Part shown: one piece after another, positions 48,659-60,407 of the stretch | How positions within the stretch are numbered: the stretch's first letter is position 1 | Layout of the letters: each line of letters starts with the position of its first letter | DNA from: Ramazzottius varieornatus | Lineage: Eukaryota; Animalia; Tardigrada | DNA length: 64,000 nucleotides | Reading direction: 5' to 3' | Assembly (NCBI GenBank): GCA_001949185.1 | Contig: BDGG01000002.1 | Coordinates: 7,740,448-7,804,447, forward strand | Notes under the pieces: generated by a model | What the model was told of the DNA's origin: nothing | Database searches by the model: none | The model's input: only the letters and a program-made list of their open reading frames with translations | Made by a program: the position numbers and the translations under genes

Positions 48659-50138
48659 ATCGAGTGGAACAAACTTCTGCTTATGGGACGGTCATGGTGT
48701 CGAAACACATAAACACTCTGATTTGATTGTTGGAAAGCGTTCTCACCACGACACTACACAAACTACATTAGTCACAGCAGTCATTCGAGATCTATACAAC
48801 GGTTGAACGTTGCAAACTAGTTTATACAAGGTCTGAGGGCTGCTTGTGTTACACCGATATTAGTTTAACAAACAAAGGCATTGGCCAACAAAGGCAAGCC
48901 ACACAACACTGCGCATTGTGCAAAATTCGATGTGTTTCTAACGCTCACGTTCAGCCAGCGCATAAATTCAAGCCATGCAAGAATACCAAAGGAGAGGTGA
49001 GTAATAACGATGCCGAGGCCATTTGTATGTAGTTGGTAAACGGAAATGGGCAACCCTCCAACGAACTGATATGCAGGACGCATTGCACTTACTCGAAAAT
49101 AAATGTGTTTCCTGCAGCCTGTCCCTGACTCAGTTTTCGATCAAGGTTTTGCTGCGCATAGATGCCTGTTCAAGCGAAAGAATACCAAACTGTTTAACGG
49201 AGCAAGCAGCCTTGAAGTGCCATCATTAAAATAATGTTTGTTCCTTATCGCCTGCTGAGAGAAGCTTTTCCGTGCTGAATCGAGAAAAAGCATGGCTCAG
49301 GACGTCCATGAAAAACGGACGGTTGTCCGACCCAACTGTCATGACGTTCACAAAGACATCGTCATCGCAAACAGTGAGATAGCGGAAAGATACGTTTCCG
49401 ACACGGATTTCGGTGATGCAGTCCCTCCCCTTCCATTCACCACGATCGTTAATCCGGCTGATATGGAGATCTTCGAGAACGATGACGAACCGGAAGAAAG
49501 CGACACTTGCGAGGAGTTCGACGACGGTGACGGTATGGATTTCTTTGCCGGTCATGACTAGCTCTTCCTCACCTAACTTTGTCAGTATTTGTGCACTTCC
49601 GCTTATGCTTACTAATATTGTGTGAATTGTCGACGCAGATTTTCTTAACATGGGCTGAGTACGGTAGGCCAAAAAAGTTTGCTGTCGGTCTGGGTAATCT
49701 CGTACTCTTAGTTCTGATCATACAATTCTCACTCACTTATTAACCGAAGCTTTTGCCCTTCTTTTGTTATTGTGAGTTCCGACTGCGAACAATACCGGTG
49801 TATCTTGATAACCATCGAACGAAAATGTTTGACGTGATGATACGGACTTAAGCTTCTTCTAGCATACGTCGACTGGTCAGCATCCGGAACCAGCTTTCGG
49901 ATTCTGAAGATCACTTTCTGACGAAAGGTTTGTGGCATCAGTGCAGTTCTGTGGCTCCATTGTGATTCATCGATCAAATCAAAATATTTTTATGTTTCGA
50001 CATCATGACCGTCCCATTAGCAAACGTTGGATCCATTCGATGTAGGGAGCGTCGGCCCTGCGCAGTGCGCACAACCATACGATGGCTCGAGGGAAGGAGA
50101 ATTACAGTGGGGAACCTGGACACGCCCTTGACTGAGTA

Positions 50139-50612
50139 ATGAGTTCGTGTTGCGCCTTGTTGCTGGTGTATCCGGCCCTATTGCTGGCGCAGATGCCGGA
50201 TATTCCGGCAGGTGTTACCCTTGTCTCGCCTAATGTGAGCACAGCAGCGGTGTCCGTACCAGGAAACCCTGTTAAAATGGAAGTATGCTCCACCGACGCA
50301 TGTGTCTCACTTGGTAACTCCAGTTCCCATCTACTTGAACCAGATAGCTTTCCCAAGTGGCGCACAAGCACACCCTTCAGCAATGGAAATGTGCGCCATC
50401 CCTAGCTAACGATCATGTTCAGTTCATCTGACGAGGTCCCACTTACTTACAATATTACGCTGGTTCTTTAGCAAATCAGTACTTGGCCGCTATGAACTTT
50501 TCCGTGGATCCATGCGACGACTTTTACGCTTTCGCATGTGACAATTACATTGCCCAATGAGAACTCGGACGAAGCCTCGGTGTTATCGGAAATCGAAGCC
50601 CTGGTTCGAACA
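50139..50612 (+). pseudogene. Truncated neprilysin (M13 peptidase)-like fragment
   Basis: Signal peptide, VCSTDACV / MNFSVDPCDDFYAFAC, then a stop/frameshift; no catalytic domain before GrpE. Confidence 0.65.
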
Positions 50613-51325
50613 GTAAGAGATGTTGTATTTTTACTGGCCGGTAAACCAGTGTGGTATATCCGGTATACCGCACTGGGTATACGGCCTTCGGGTCTGCAAC
50701 ATTAACTCCCTTTCTTTCCGAAGCCATGTTACAGCTGACGTATTACGACAACAATATGGACGACGCGGAAGTCCCTCCGGGGTTTGTCTACTTGCTGAAT
50801 AAATCAAATCTAATCAAAGCAAATCCTCATGGCGAACACGCGGTCGTCCGTTCTTCGTCAAATAGAGCCCTAGAGGGTCGCACTCCATCTTATCCAGGTA
50901 TGAGATATCTTTCGGCATAATATATGCCCGAAACTGGGATAGCGGTGCACATGGCCCAGCTAACCAATTGAAAGATTTCCTGCGTCCTCTAGGACTCCTG
51001 GTTGCGTTCGCTCGAGTAGCCAAGCTTCTTCGCTCAGTGGACGTTGGCTCAACGGAAGTTTGGAGTAGTTGTGCAAATTTTACGAGTTGATCTGTTGAAG
51101 TGCTCGATTGGCAAGCCAACATTATACCGAAACCAGTCAATCAATGCCTACTGCTGTGTCCTGTTGACAGATTTCAAATGACTCTAATCTACGTCGCAAA
51201 CTCTCCACTGTACAATCAGATCAGTAAAAACGTTTTTTCTTCCAGTTTCAAAGTTTCCATTTGGTTTTGACTTCACTTCCCGTCCTGATATTTCTGACCT
51301 GTTCGTATCGTCAGATACCTTCATC

Positions 51326-52606
51326 ATGTTTATAAGACGAATCTTGAATCCTATGTGTCGGATGTCGGCGGCACCCGCTCGACCTCTCAGTTCATCCCAT
51401 TCCACAATGGAAGCTTGCGTCAGCCATCCGCTCAGACGGCACTCCCAACTAGCCGATCTTCCAGCCTTCTCGGATCATCCAGCTCGCTTGTAAGTGTCGC
51501 TTGTACAGTCACTTGTTAGCGGGTGAACTCTATCGATGTGAAGTACCTACTGCGGCGGTGAACCAACGAAGATTATGTTTGCAGTGGAATATTTTCGAGA
51601 TGTTACGCAAGCGGTACACAGAGTGAACGGCGGACGGATCCAGACTCGGTGGAAGGGTACGGAGGCTTTGGTGCATCTTCAAAAGAGACAACAGGGACGA
51701 GAATGTCCTCTGAACAAACACAGCGACCCATAGAAGATAAAGCTCCATCGCCGAAGGCTGAAGCGTCTTCGCCGGAAGCTGAGACGAAACTACAGGAGAA
51801 CATAACCAAGCTGGAAGCGGAGAAGAAAGAAACAATGGTGAGTGGAACCTCACGAAGGCTTTTGAACGACGCTATGTCCAATATTTCTCGCAAGAACCAG
51901 TCTGTCAAGACTTGGATCAGCAAGAAGCTGAGGTTGTCCGGCGATGAAGTTTTGAACAGAGTAGGTTGGTGTTGGGTGAAATTTATAGTTTTGTTGCGCG
52001 AAATTTCGAGCGATGATTCTCAGTGGATTGCTGGATGACGTCATGCGCGCGTGAGATGTTGAAGTACGCGTGCGCTGCGCATGTTTTGTCCAGTATGCAC
52101 TCAGTAGACCCCGCCCACGTTTCAGAATGTCTATTTTTCCTGTGCGGCAACAAATATGAGTCTTTCTTCTGTAGGATAAGTATCTGAGGGCATTAGCGGA
52201 AACGGAAAATGTCCGAAATCGATTGACGCGTCAGATTGCCGATGCTAAACAGTTTGGAATACAGTCTTTCGTCAAAGATCTGCTTGAAGTGTCTGACATT
52301 CTAACCAAAGCCATGGAAAGCACGCCGCAAGAAGCTTTCGATCAGAAGAACCCTCACTTCGACAACCTGTTCGAAGGCCTGAGATTAACTGAAGCTCAGA
52401 TGACCAAAGTCTTTAAGAAACACGGGCTAGAAAAGATGGATCCTATGGGGGAGAAGTTCGATCCTAATCAACACGAAGCCCTCTTCGAAGCACCTGCAGA
52501 AGGCAAAGAAACTGGTACCGTTATGTCCGTCACACAAACGGGCTACAAGCTGAATAATCGAGTAATAAGGCCGGCAAGAGTCGGCGTTGTTAGAAACGCT
52601 TCATAA
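51326..52606 (+). CDS. GRPEL1: Mitochondrial GrpE nucleotide exchange factor (GRPEL/Mge1)
   Basis: Presequence MFIRRILNPMCRMS; YLRALAETENVR, FGIQSFVKDLLEVSDIL, GEKFDPNQHEALF, GYKLNNRVIRPARVGV. Confidence 0.92.
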
Positions 52607-52736
52607 GGTCTGTTAAAACCCACCGGAGACACCGGACTTCCTTTAGAATATAATAGTTTTGTTATCCTGTGACATCTCTTTGACTGTTTCTCCAGTCGTA
52701 TTTATTCAAAGGGAAAAATAGCTGTTGGCCACAATA

Positions 52737-55700
52737 TCACGCTACTTCTTTGACCATGGGTAGGTTGGATATATCGGGAAAAGTGATATTTATCGTAGCG
52801 ACGTTAGTGTCTTTACTTCTCCTTCGTTCTTCGGACTTGGGCCATTCCCTGGTCTTGGGTGAAGGATAGATGGCAACAGTCATCCCATCTTTATGATGTT
52901 CTTCCTTGGTCTTGAAACCTCCGCCGTAGTAGAGAGCTTTGATCGGAGGAAGAATACCAGAGAACTTGTATTCTTCTGAGAGGTTTTGCAAGGCGGACTC
53001 TGCTGGGTTCCTGTCCATCATCTTCCTCATCCGGAAGTACTGGCTCTTGTAGTCGTCTATCTCGCGAATGAGCCGCTCGTTTAACACCTTCTCTTCACTG
53101 TACATAGAATTGTACATATCCACATCGGCCGTCAAACCCTGGAAAGAAATTCAAATGAAGACAACTGGGAGCGCGGTTGAGAAACTCGACCAGATTGTCT
53201 TTCCCAAGTGGCGCATGCTTAGAGTGTTCTTTACTGAGAGCGTGCGCCACTTGGGAAAACCATCTCATCGAGTCTGTTTGCCGATCTCTCTACTAATATC
53301 GCAAGTACGTTTACCGATATAAATTTTACCCTTAATTGTCTGCTCTTGTCTTGTAGTGCTTTCTGCATCTTGATCACCTTCTCATGGACTTCCTGGTTAG
53401 GTAATTTGGCCATAATGGATTTGAGCTCGACGTACAAATTCTCTTTTTCCTGAAGCATACGGTCGATCTGGATAACTTCGTCGGTTTTCTTGATGAGTCG
53501 CCGTTGATACGTCTGTATTTTCAGGATGAGTTCATATGTTGAAGGATCGTTGCCCTGTAGAGCGCGCCACCTGTGAGCATTGGCAGGAACTTTTAGTTCT
53601 TCTTCCAGGGTCCGACAATGGTTCTTCTCGTTGAGCAAGTCTTTGTTCAGTCTGTAGATCTCCGCGCGCATCTCGTCCATCAGCGAAGCATTCCGCGCCA
53701 TGATGCCCTTTTCTCGATTGAGTCGTTGTAACTCCAGCTTAAGAACACGAATGTCGTCAAGCCGAGCTTTGTAGGCACCTTCGCCCTTCTCCATGATAGA
53801 CTCAAGGATACGGAGTTTCTCGGAGAGGAGGGTTAGCTCGTCGTTGCGCCGGATGACTTGGGTGCCGAGGATGTCGCGTTCACGGGTAATACGTTGAACT
53901 TCCTTGAGCATCTGCTCTTTCTCGTGGTCCGCATGCTTGATGATACGGACTAGCTTGATTTGTTCGGTCTCGACATCCATAAGTTTCTTCTCAATGTCCA
54001 TCGTCTTCTCTTTCAGCAGGGTTAGTTCGGACCGGAGGGTGTTGCGCTCGGTTTCGATTCGCTGACGTTCGAGATGTTCTTTGGCGATGGCGCCTTCTAC
54101 CTTCGTTATCTGGTCACGTAGTTGCTCCATCTGATCACTCATTATTTTAAGCCTTCTTTTATACGTTTCGATGTCGTCGTTCGCATCCCTGTAAACATCA
54201 CTTGTTTTAGATGGGTAAAGTTTTACCACTGCTGATGAAAGCGATGAAGTAAAAAAGCCAGCGTTCCTCATTTCCCAGTTATGATCGCGCAATATTTCCG
54301 ACAGCCGCTGCGACGAGTGCGCGGCTGACAGTGGAAGTGGGGCTAACTGTCGGTTTGCACTTACGAGACACTCTTGCTGAGAATGTTGCGTTCGGTCCGC
54401 ATAGTTTCCAGCTGGTTTCTTACGGTCTGGGTTTTTGATTCGGCCTCGTCATTTTGTCGTTTCAGATCGGATATCTTATTTTCCTTGTCGTTGAGGGCGG
54501 TGGTCATGTCCACGACCTCGTGCTTCAACGCATTCAGGGTGGCCGCATTCTTGTCCCGCTCTTTCTCGAGGTTGGCCAGGATCCTCTTGGACTTGACAGC
54601 TTCCTGTGCGTACCTTTGTATTTCCAGCTCTAAAGCTTGCTTTTCTAACCTAGCTGACGTTATCTGCCCTTCCAGTTTCTCCGTGTCGGTATTTTGTTTG
54701 TCCAAGTTCCGCTTGATACTATCGCGGTCTCGTAAGAGCTCTTCGATGATCTTCCGGTCGGACATGGTCTGGGTTTGTTGAGCTTCTAGACGCTTCTCGA
54801 GGTCGAAAGCTTGTCGGCGGAGAGCCTCCCGCTCGCCGTCAAGATCGGTCTTTGTGGACTCGAGATGGGTGATTTTACGTAAAATTTGCTCGTTGGCTTT
54901 CTGGAGTTTCTTGTTTTCACCCTGCATGTGCTTTACTTCCGACTCCCTCGTGTCGGTTTCCTGCTTGATTTTGATGTTTTCTTTGCGGATTTCTTCGGTG
55001 ATCGCTTGTTGGTGCTCGTAATCAGCTTGGAGCTTTTTTTGCTTCGTGTCGAGCGCGGCAAGATCGGCTTTTGTTCTGTCAAGATCTGTCTGCAAAACAA
55101 TTTAACCGAAAATTTTAGCAGGTTAGCAGCTTCGTTATACCATAAGCACCACATGACTTCCCCCCCGCAAACTAGTGTCGTCAGGAACCTATTTTCGACT
55201 CGTTTTTTTACTCTTACTTTGTATTCTCGAAGCTGCTGACGTAACTGGCTTTGGGTGGCCTCGTTCTTCGCAATCTCGGAATGCAGGTGAGCTTCCTCCA
55301 TCTTTGAAGTTTCCAGTTCTGACTTTGTTGTTTTCAGGTCCTTCTCCAATTTGGCCCGTCGACGTTCCTCCTTCATGGATTCTTCCCTGCTTTCAGCCAG
55401 CTTCTCCAAAAGCTACGCCGAAGAACCCATCAAGGCTGTCCACTTGCGGTTGAGACTCAACATGAATGTGAAAGAGGTTTTTATACTTACTCACCGTGAT
55501 CCGTTCCTTGCTAACCTGATCCAGGCTCTTCTCCACTTCCTGTATGCGGTTCCTCGACTCGATTAGCTGCTGCTGGGCGATCTCCAGCTGCGCCACCACC
55601 TGGTCCCGTTCCGAGGCCATTTTCTCCTTGGCTCGTAAGAGTTCCTGCGCACTGAAAGCGTCATGTTCACAGGACACTTAGCTGTCGCAAAGCACCACAA

Positions 55701-56356
55701 TATACCTATGTTCCTGTCCGGCCGCAAAATTGGCGTTCTTTTCCACTAATCGAGTCAAATTGGCGATCTCCATCTTGAGGGTTGTCACAGTCTCGCCGGC
55801 CTTGTCTTCCCTTTCATGAGCTTCGTCCAACATTTTCCAGGCTTTCTCAATCTCTTTCTTCAGAGCTTGAATCGTCGCTTGGTCTTCTTGAGCGAGTCGT
55901 GTGGCAGTGGTTATTCGTTGGGAATTAGCGACGATCTCGGCGTGGAGATCGCGACATTTACTCATGAGCTTCATCTCGTTCTCGTGGGCCATTTTGATGG
56001 AGTTGTGGAGCTTCTCGTACTCGGTACGGAATTTACCGAGGCTTTCGTTACCCATGAGATCTTTGATGACGGCTTGGAAATCTTTCTCCATATCTTCCAT
56101 GAGAGCTTCGTCGTGGGATAAGCGGACGTTGAGATCACTGAGCATTTTCTCGTCGATCTGGTAAGGGACAGCACCGGTATTGCCTTCGCGGTTGCCGCCA
56201 TGCGATAAGCTGTCGCGGTTCTTTCTGGATGCGCTGCCACGGCTAACATGATGACCGCTTTCTCTTCTGTTGCTCGCCTGCAAAACGACGAAGATGACAG
56301 TACTAAAGCTGAAGAAACATTAAAAGAGGGACGTAATCAGGGAACTGTCCTACCAT
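52737..56356 (-). CDS. CFAP58: Cilia- and flagella-associated protein 58 (CCDC147)
   Basis: Long coiled coil with FRTEYEKLH, LKKEIEKAWKM, ERDILGTQVIRRNDELTLL, HRWRALQGNDPSTYELILKIQ. Confidence 0.88.
53180..53285. repeat. Hairpin repeat copy in a CFAP58 intron
   Basis: TTCCCAAGTGGCGCA..GTGCGCCACTTGGGAA. Confidence 0.85.
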
Positions 56357-56967
56357 CTCCAGTGCGAAAAATTATACTCCGTTTGCAAATACCAGAAATT
56401 GAGACGCCGGGATAACTTTCGCCCTACATACTATATATGTATGGGCCGTATTTCCGGCCGCACGAATGTGTGGTTTTTCGTACTTACAGGCTGTGGGTAA
56501 ATGTTGCTTAGCGAAAGCTACATCCTCATGATTTTGTCATGAATCTTCGCGGACTTCTTCAGAGTGGGTCTGGTGGGTTGTGGCGTTTGACCAGAGCCTC
56601 ACCGGTGAGCGAACGAACTAAGGATGCCCATTCCCTTTTCCGTTCCATTCCTAATTCCGCCTGGAAAATATGAATTCGGTTCCGACTGAGTTCGTTTTGG
56701 CACGCTGGAATTCTGAAACGGATTACAGTATAAGTGTCAGAGTGGAATTCCGCTTGTGGAAAATCTATTTTTAAAGCAAAAGTTTCGCTTTTTGCGAAAA
56801 ATTGACGCAGTTCCACTGACCGTATGGGAACTCGACAATTAAGTAAACTCGACAGGATTGTCCAAGGTCTTCACTATGACTGGCTGGGAGGGTGCGCCAC
56901 TCGATAGACCATCTTGCTGAGCTCGTCAGCCGGGGCCAAGTTGAGCTTCCGACTGGTTTACCTTCTA

Positions 56968-57012
56968 TATTCCAATATTTCCAATATTTTCTACCAATAT
57001 ATTCCAATATGG
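56968..57012. repeat. Short tandem repeat (TTCCAATAT-like, about 4 copies)
   Basis: tattccaatatttccaatattttctaccaatatattccaatat. Confidence 0.6.
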
Positions 57013-57928
57013 GAATTCCGATTTTTGATCTGGCAGTTTTGGAAAACGCAAAATAGAAACGAATTTCGGAATTCCGCTCCGAATTCCCTGCAGGGAGCAG
57101 GTCAGGCGGAATGCATGGGGATCCTTAGAAGCAACGCGTGATAGCTTCGTAATTACTCGTAAGTTACAGTTACAGGTTGGAAAACGCTGGCTCACCCTCC
57201 CGCAGTCGACTTGTAGCATCAGAGCTCGCCCTGAGTCCTTGACAGGGCGAAGCTGCTTCCGAACTGAGGATGCGCCGTTTCTCAGCAGGAAAGTGGATTT
57301 TGGCTGGTACCTTAAATTTTGGCGCAAGCACAGAGCTTTGTGAAATGCTACTTCCGCGTTGATACGCAGTCAATCGCAGTGGAGACACGTTCGTCCAGAG
57401 AGCCGCTAGCGGAACACGGCGCAGCCTGAAAGAAGGGGCTTCCCCACCGGCGTGTTTTACCCATCTTTGAAGAAACTCACCTGGTGCAGTGTACCACAAT
57501 TTTTAATTTTATGACGTCTGAGATTGGGAGGGTGATATACATATACATATTTAATACCATTCAAAGTGAAGCGGTTCGGCTCACGGTAAGCTGATCGGCT
57601 AGGCAATACCGCTTCCACCATGGCAGCAGGTTTACCGCGGCTAGTCATTAGCCTGGAGCTCTACAGACTGACGTTCGACAGCTTTTCCTTGATTCACTTG
57701 TGGCAATTCTTAGCTCGCGGCCTACAGTCTTTATATCTGTCGTGAAGAGTTCGGCAGGCTGACATATATCAGATGAGACGATGCAAAATCTCCTCCTGAA
57801 GTATTTCGCTGTCTCGAAAGGAATTTAACAGTATACTCTTCGAGCAAAACAGCCACTACGAGAAATTATTCTTTGATGCGCAGTGGCGTATTTAAATACT
57901 TGTCCCGTCAGAAACAAGTTTTGCTCCA

Positions 57929-59872
57929 ATGGCTCAGAATGGCGAGAGATGTCATGGTCGGAAGAGGGTGGCGGTGGTTGGTGCTGGGATGACAGGCCTC
58001 TGCGCTATCCGGCATTTCGCAGCGGACCCCAATTACGAAGTGGTGGCCTTTGAGCGGGCCAATACCATTGCCGGCATCTGGAACTACCCGGAAGGATGTG
58101 AGGAACACGTCAACCAGCCGGAAACCTCGCCTTATTATTGTCGAACGTACCGAGATTTGAAGTAGGTTGTGCCAGTTTTGTTTATAGCTTTCTTACCACT
58201 CTACAGAGTTAAAATACTAACAAATTCCTGTATGGTTATAGGACAAATTCGCCTAGAGAACTGTCATGTTATCCAGACTTTCCCTTCGCCGACACGGTCA
58301 AAGATACGTACTGCACTCGTGAGACGGTTCTTCATTACTTCCACGCTTATGCCAAACACTTCGACCTGCTTCCTCACATAAAGGTAGTTTTACTGCTTGG
58401 TCTTTGATTATGGAGCAAAGTAGATGGCATGGGCCGTCGACAAATGAATCGACTCAGATCGTGTCCCAAGTGGCGCATGCTCTCGGCCAGTTACAATGAA
58501 AACGTGCGCCGCCTGAGGTGATTGAGCGAACTCATTGCCGGCGTCCCGTAATACATTATTATGTTAGTGAATTATGTTTGTGCTTCTGTAGTTTCGGCAT
58601 CAAGTGAAACTTGTAACGCCTGTTGGCGGAGTCCATGCTGAAGGACCCGTTCGATGGACAGTTGAAGTCCTCGATCTGGAATCGGATAAAGTTTCCAAGG
58701 ACGAGTTCGACAGCGTCCTGGTTTGCTCCGGGTAAGAAGATATCGTTGTTTCTTTCACGTTCTAGCGATACTGATAACTGAAGTACCGTTGCCGATGTAC
58801 ACTTTACTTCCAGGCATTACCACAAACCGTACCTGCCGGAAATTAACGGGTTGGATAAGTTCACCGGCCACATTATGCATAGTTGTGATTACCGCGTTCC
58901 GGAGAAATTCAAAGGCCAAAATGTACTTTTGATTGGCGCGAAAGTCTCCGGCAATGACATCGCGTGTGAAATTGCGCCCTTCGCAAACCAGGTACAACTA
59001 TCGTTCTTGGCTGATTTCCTTCCGCTTTCAAAATCAATTTGATCCATTGTTGCAGGTAATCGTTCAGCGTCGAATGAAGATGAACGTCCTGGAGAAACAC
59101 TACCCGAATGTGAAGGAGACTACGGAACTAAGCGATTTCGGTGCTGACCACCTCATAATGCGGGACGGTACGACGATGCCGGTTGACATTGTCATACTAG
59201 CCACTGGCTACGTCTACGACTACCCCTTCTTCCCGCCTGGTTTCAACTTGAAAGTATCGCGAGGTCGTGTGGCTCCACTATACCGACATTTAGTCCACTG
59301 CCAATACACCACGCTGGCCTTCGTCGGCTTGGCCAACATGGCTGTCTTCATCTTTATTGCCGACTACCAAATCAGGTACGAGTGCTTATGGGTGCGAAAG
59401 CGTCAACCCAAGTGGCGCACTTGCTCCTTGTTGTTGGTCGGTAGCATGCGTCACTTGAGATAGCGATGGCGCATTTTGTTTGCCGCTCTGTGGTATCATT
59501 GATCGAGATACTGGATAAACTGATGATGTATTTGTCAGGTACTTCAAAGCATTATTAGATGGTAAATCAGTGCTTCCATCCAGCAAGGAAGACATGATGA
59601 AAGAGGACGAGCTGGACTATGCCGAGCGTTTGGCCAAAGGCATGCCTGAACACTTCGCCCATGAGATGTTGGCCCACCAGTGGGACTACCTGAACAAGCT
59701 GTCTCAAGATGCCGGTCTGGAACCTGTCCGACCGGTCATCCGTAAGATGTTTGAAGCCAACGTCCATGGCATCAGAACCGACGGACCCGCTGGCTTCCGC
59801 AAATACCGTCTGGAAGCGCTGGATGACGAGAACATCATCCGCGAACCTTTACCACAACTCAACGGGCACTGA
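57929..59872 (+). CDS. Flavin-containing monooxygenase
   Basis: VAVVGAGMTGL (FAD), GIWNY, FMO motif FTGHIMHSCDYR, IGAKVSGNDI (NADPH), LATGY, PLYRH. Confidence 0.92.
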
Positions 59873-60407
59873 CTATTTCATCAGGTCGAGCGAAGCCAGG
59901 CCCTTTTAAGTCTGTCGAGATATCAATGGACGATCAGATTGTTCGAGCTCTCACATATCGCAGACTCTGTACTGAAAACAAATGCGTAAATTGATCCGGG
60001 CAACAGAAACTCTTTACTCGCAAGTGCAACGTAACGCAGTAGAAATGTGTGGCCTATAATCTTTTGCCTCCTTTGCTCGGCCTTCACCAGTGGTCAGAAC
60101 CACTAGCTAGTTTGGTATATCTCACTCAAAATAACGTTAGAGAGCTTATGTCCTAACTTCTATAGGTGGCCGACTTTGAAGAAAATGCGGTGATCGGAAC
60201 GTGATAAGTGTTTTATTAGCGCAAACCTATAAAAGTTGGTTTGACAGCGTCGTTACTATCTCTGCTTCTCGAAAAGTTATCACTAACGTGTCGGTCGCCG
60301 TGTTTACCTCTCGGAACCTCAACGGTTGTAATGTTTGCGTGTCTACAGTACAGTTTCGTCAACTCGAAGAAACCTTCTTCGTTGCGGAGAAATTGTTTCG
60401 GTGCAGG

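Noticed and set aside
57929-59872. FMO as a horizontally acquired bacterial gene
   Set aside because: Multi-intron gene with ordinary animal FMO motifs; nothing in the sequence supports HGT.
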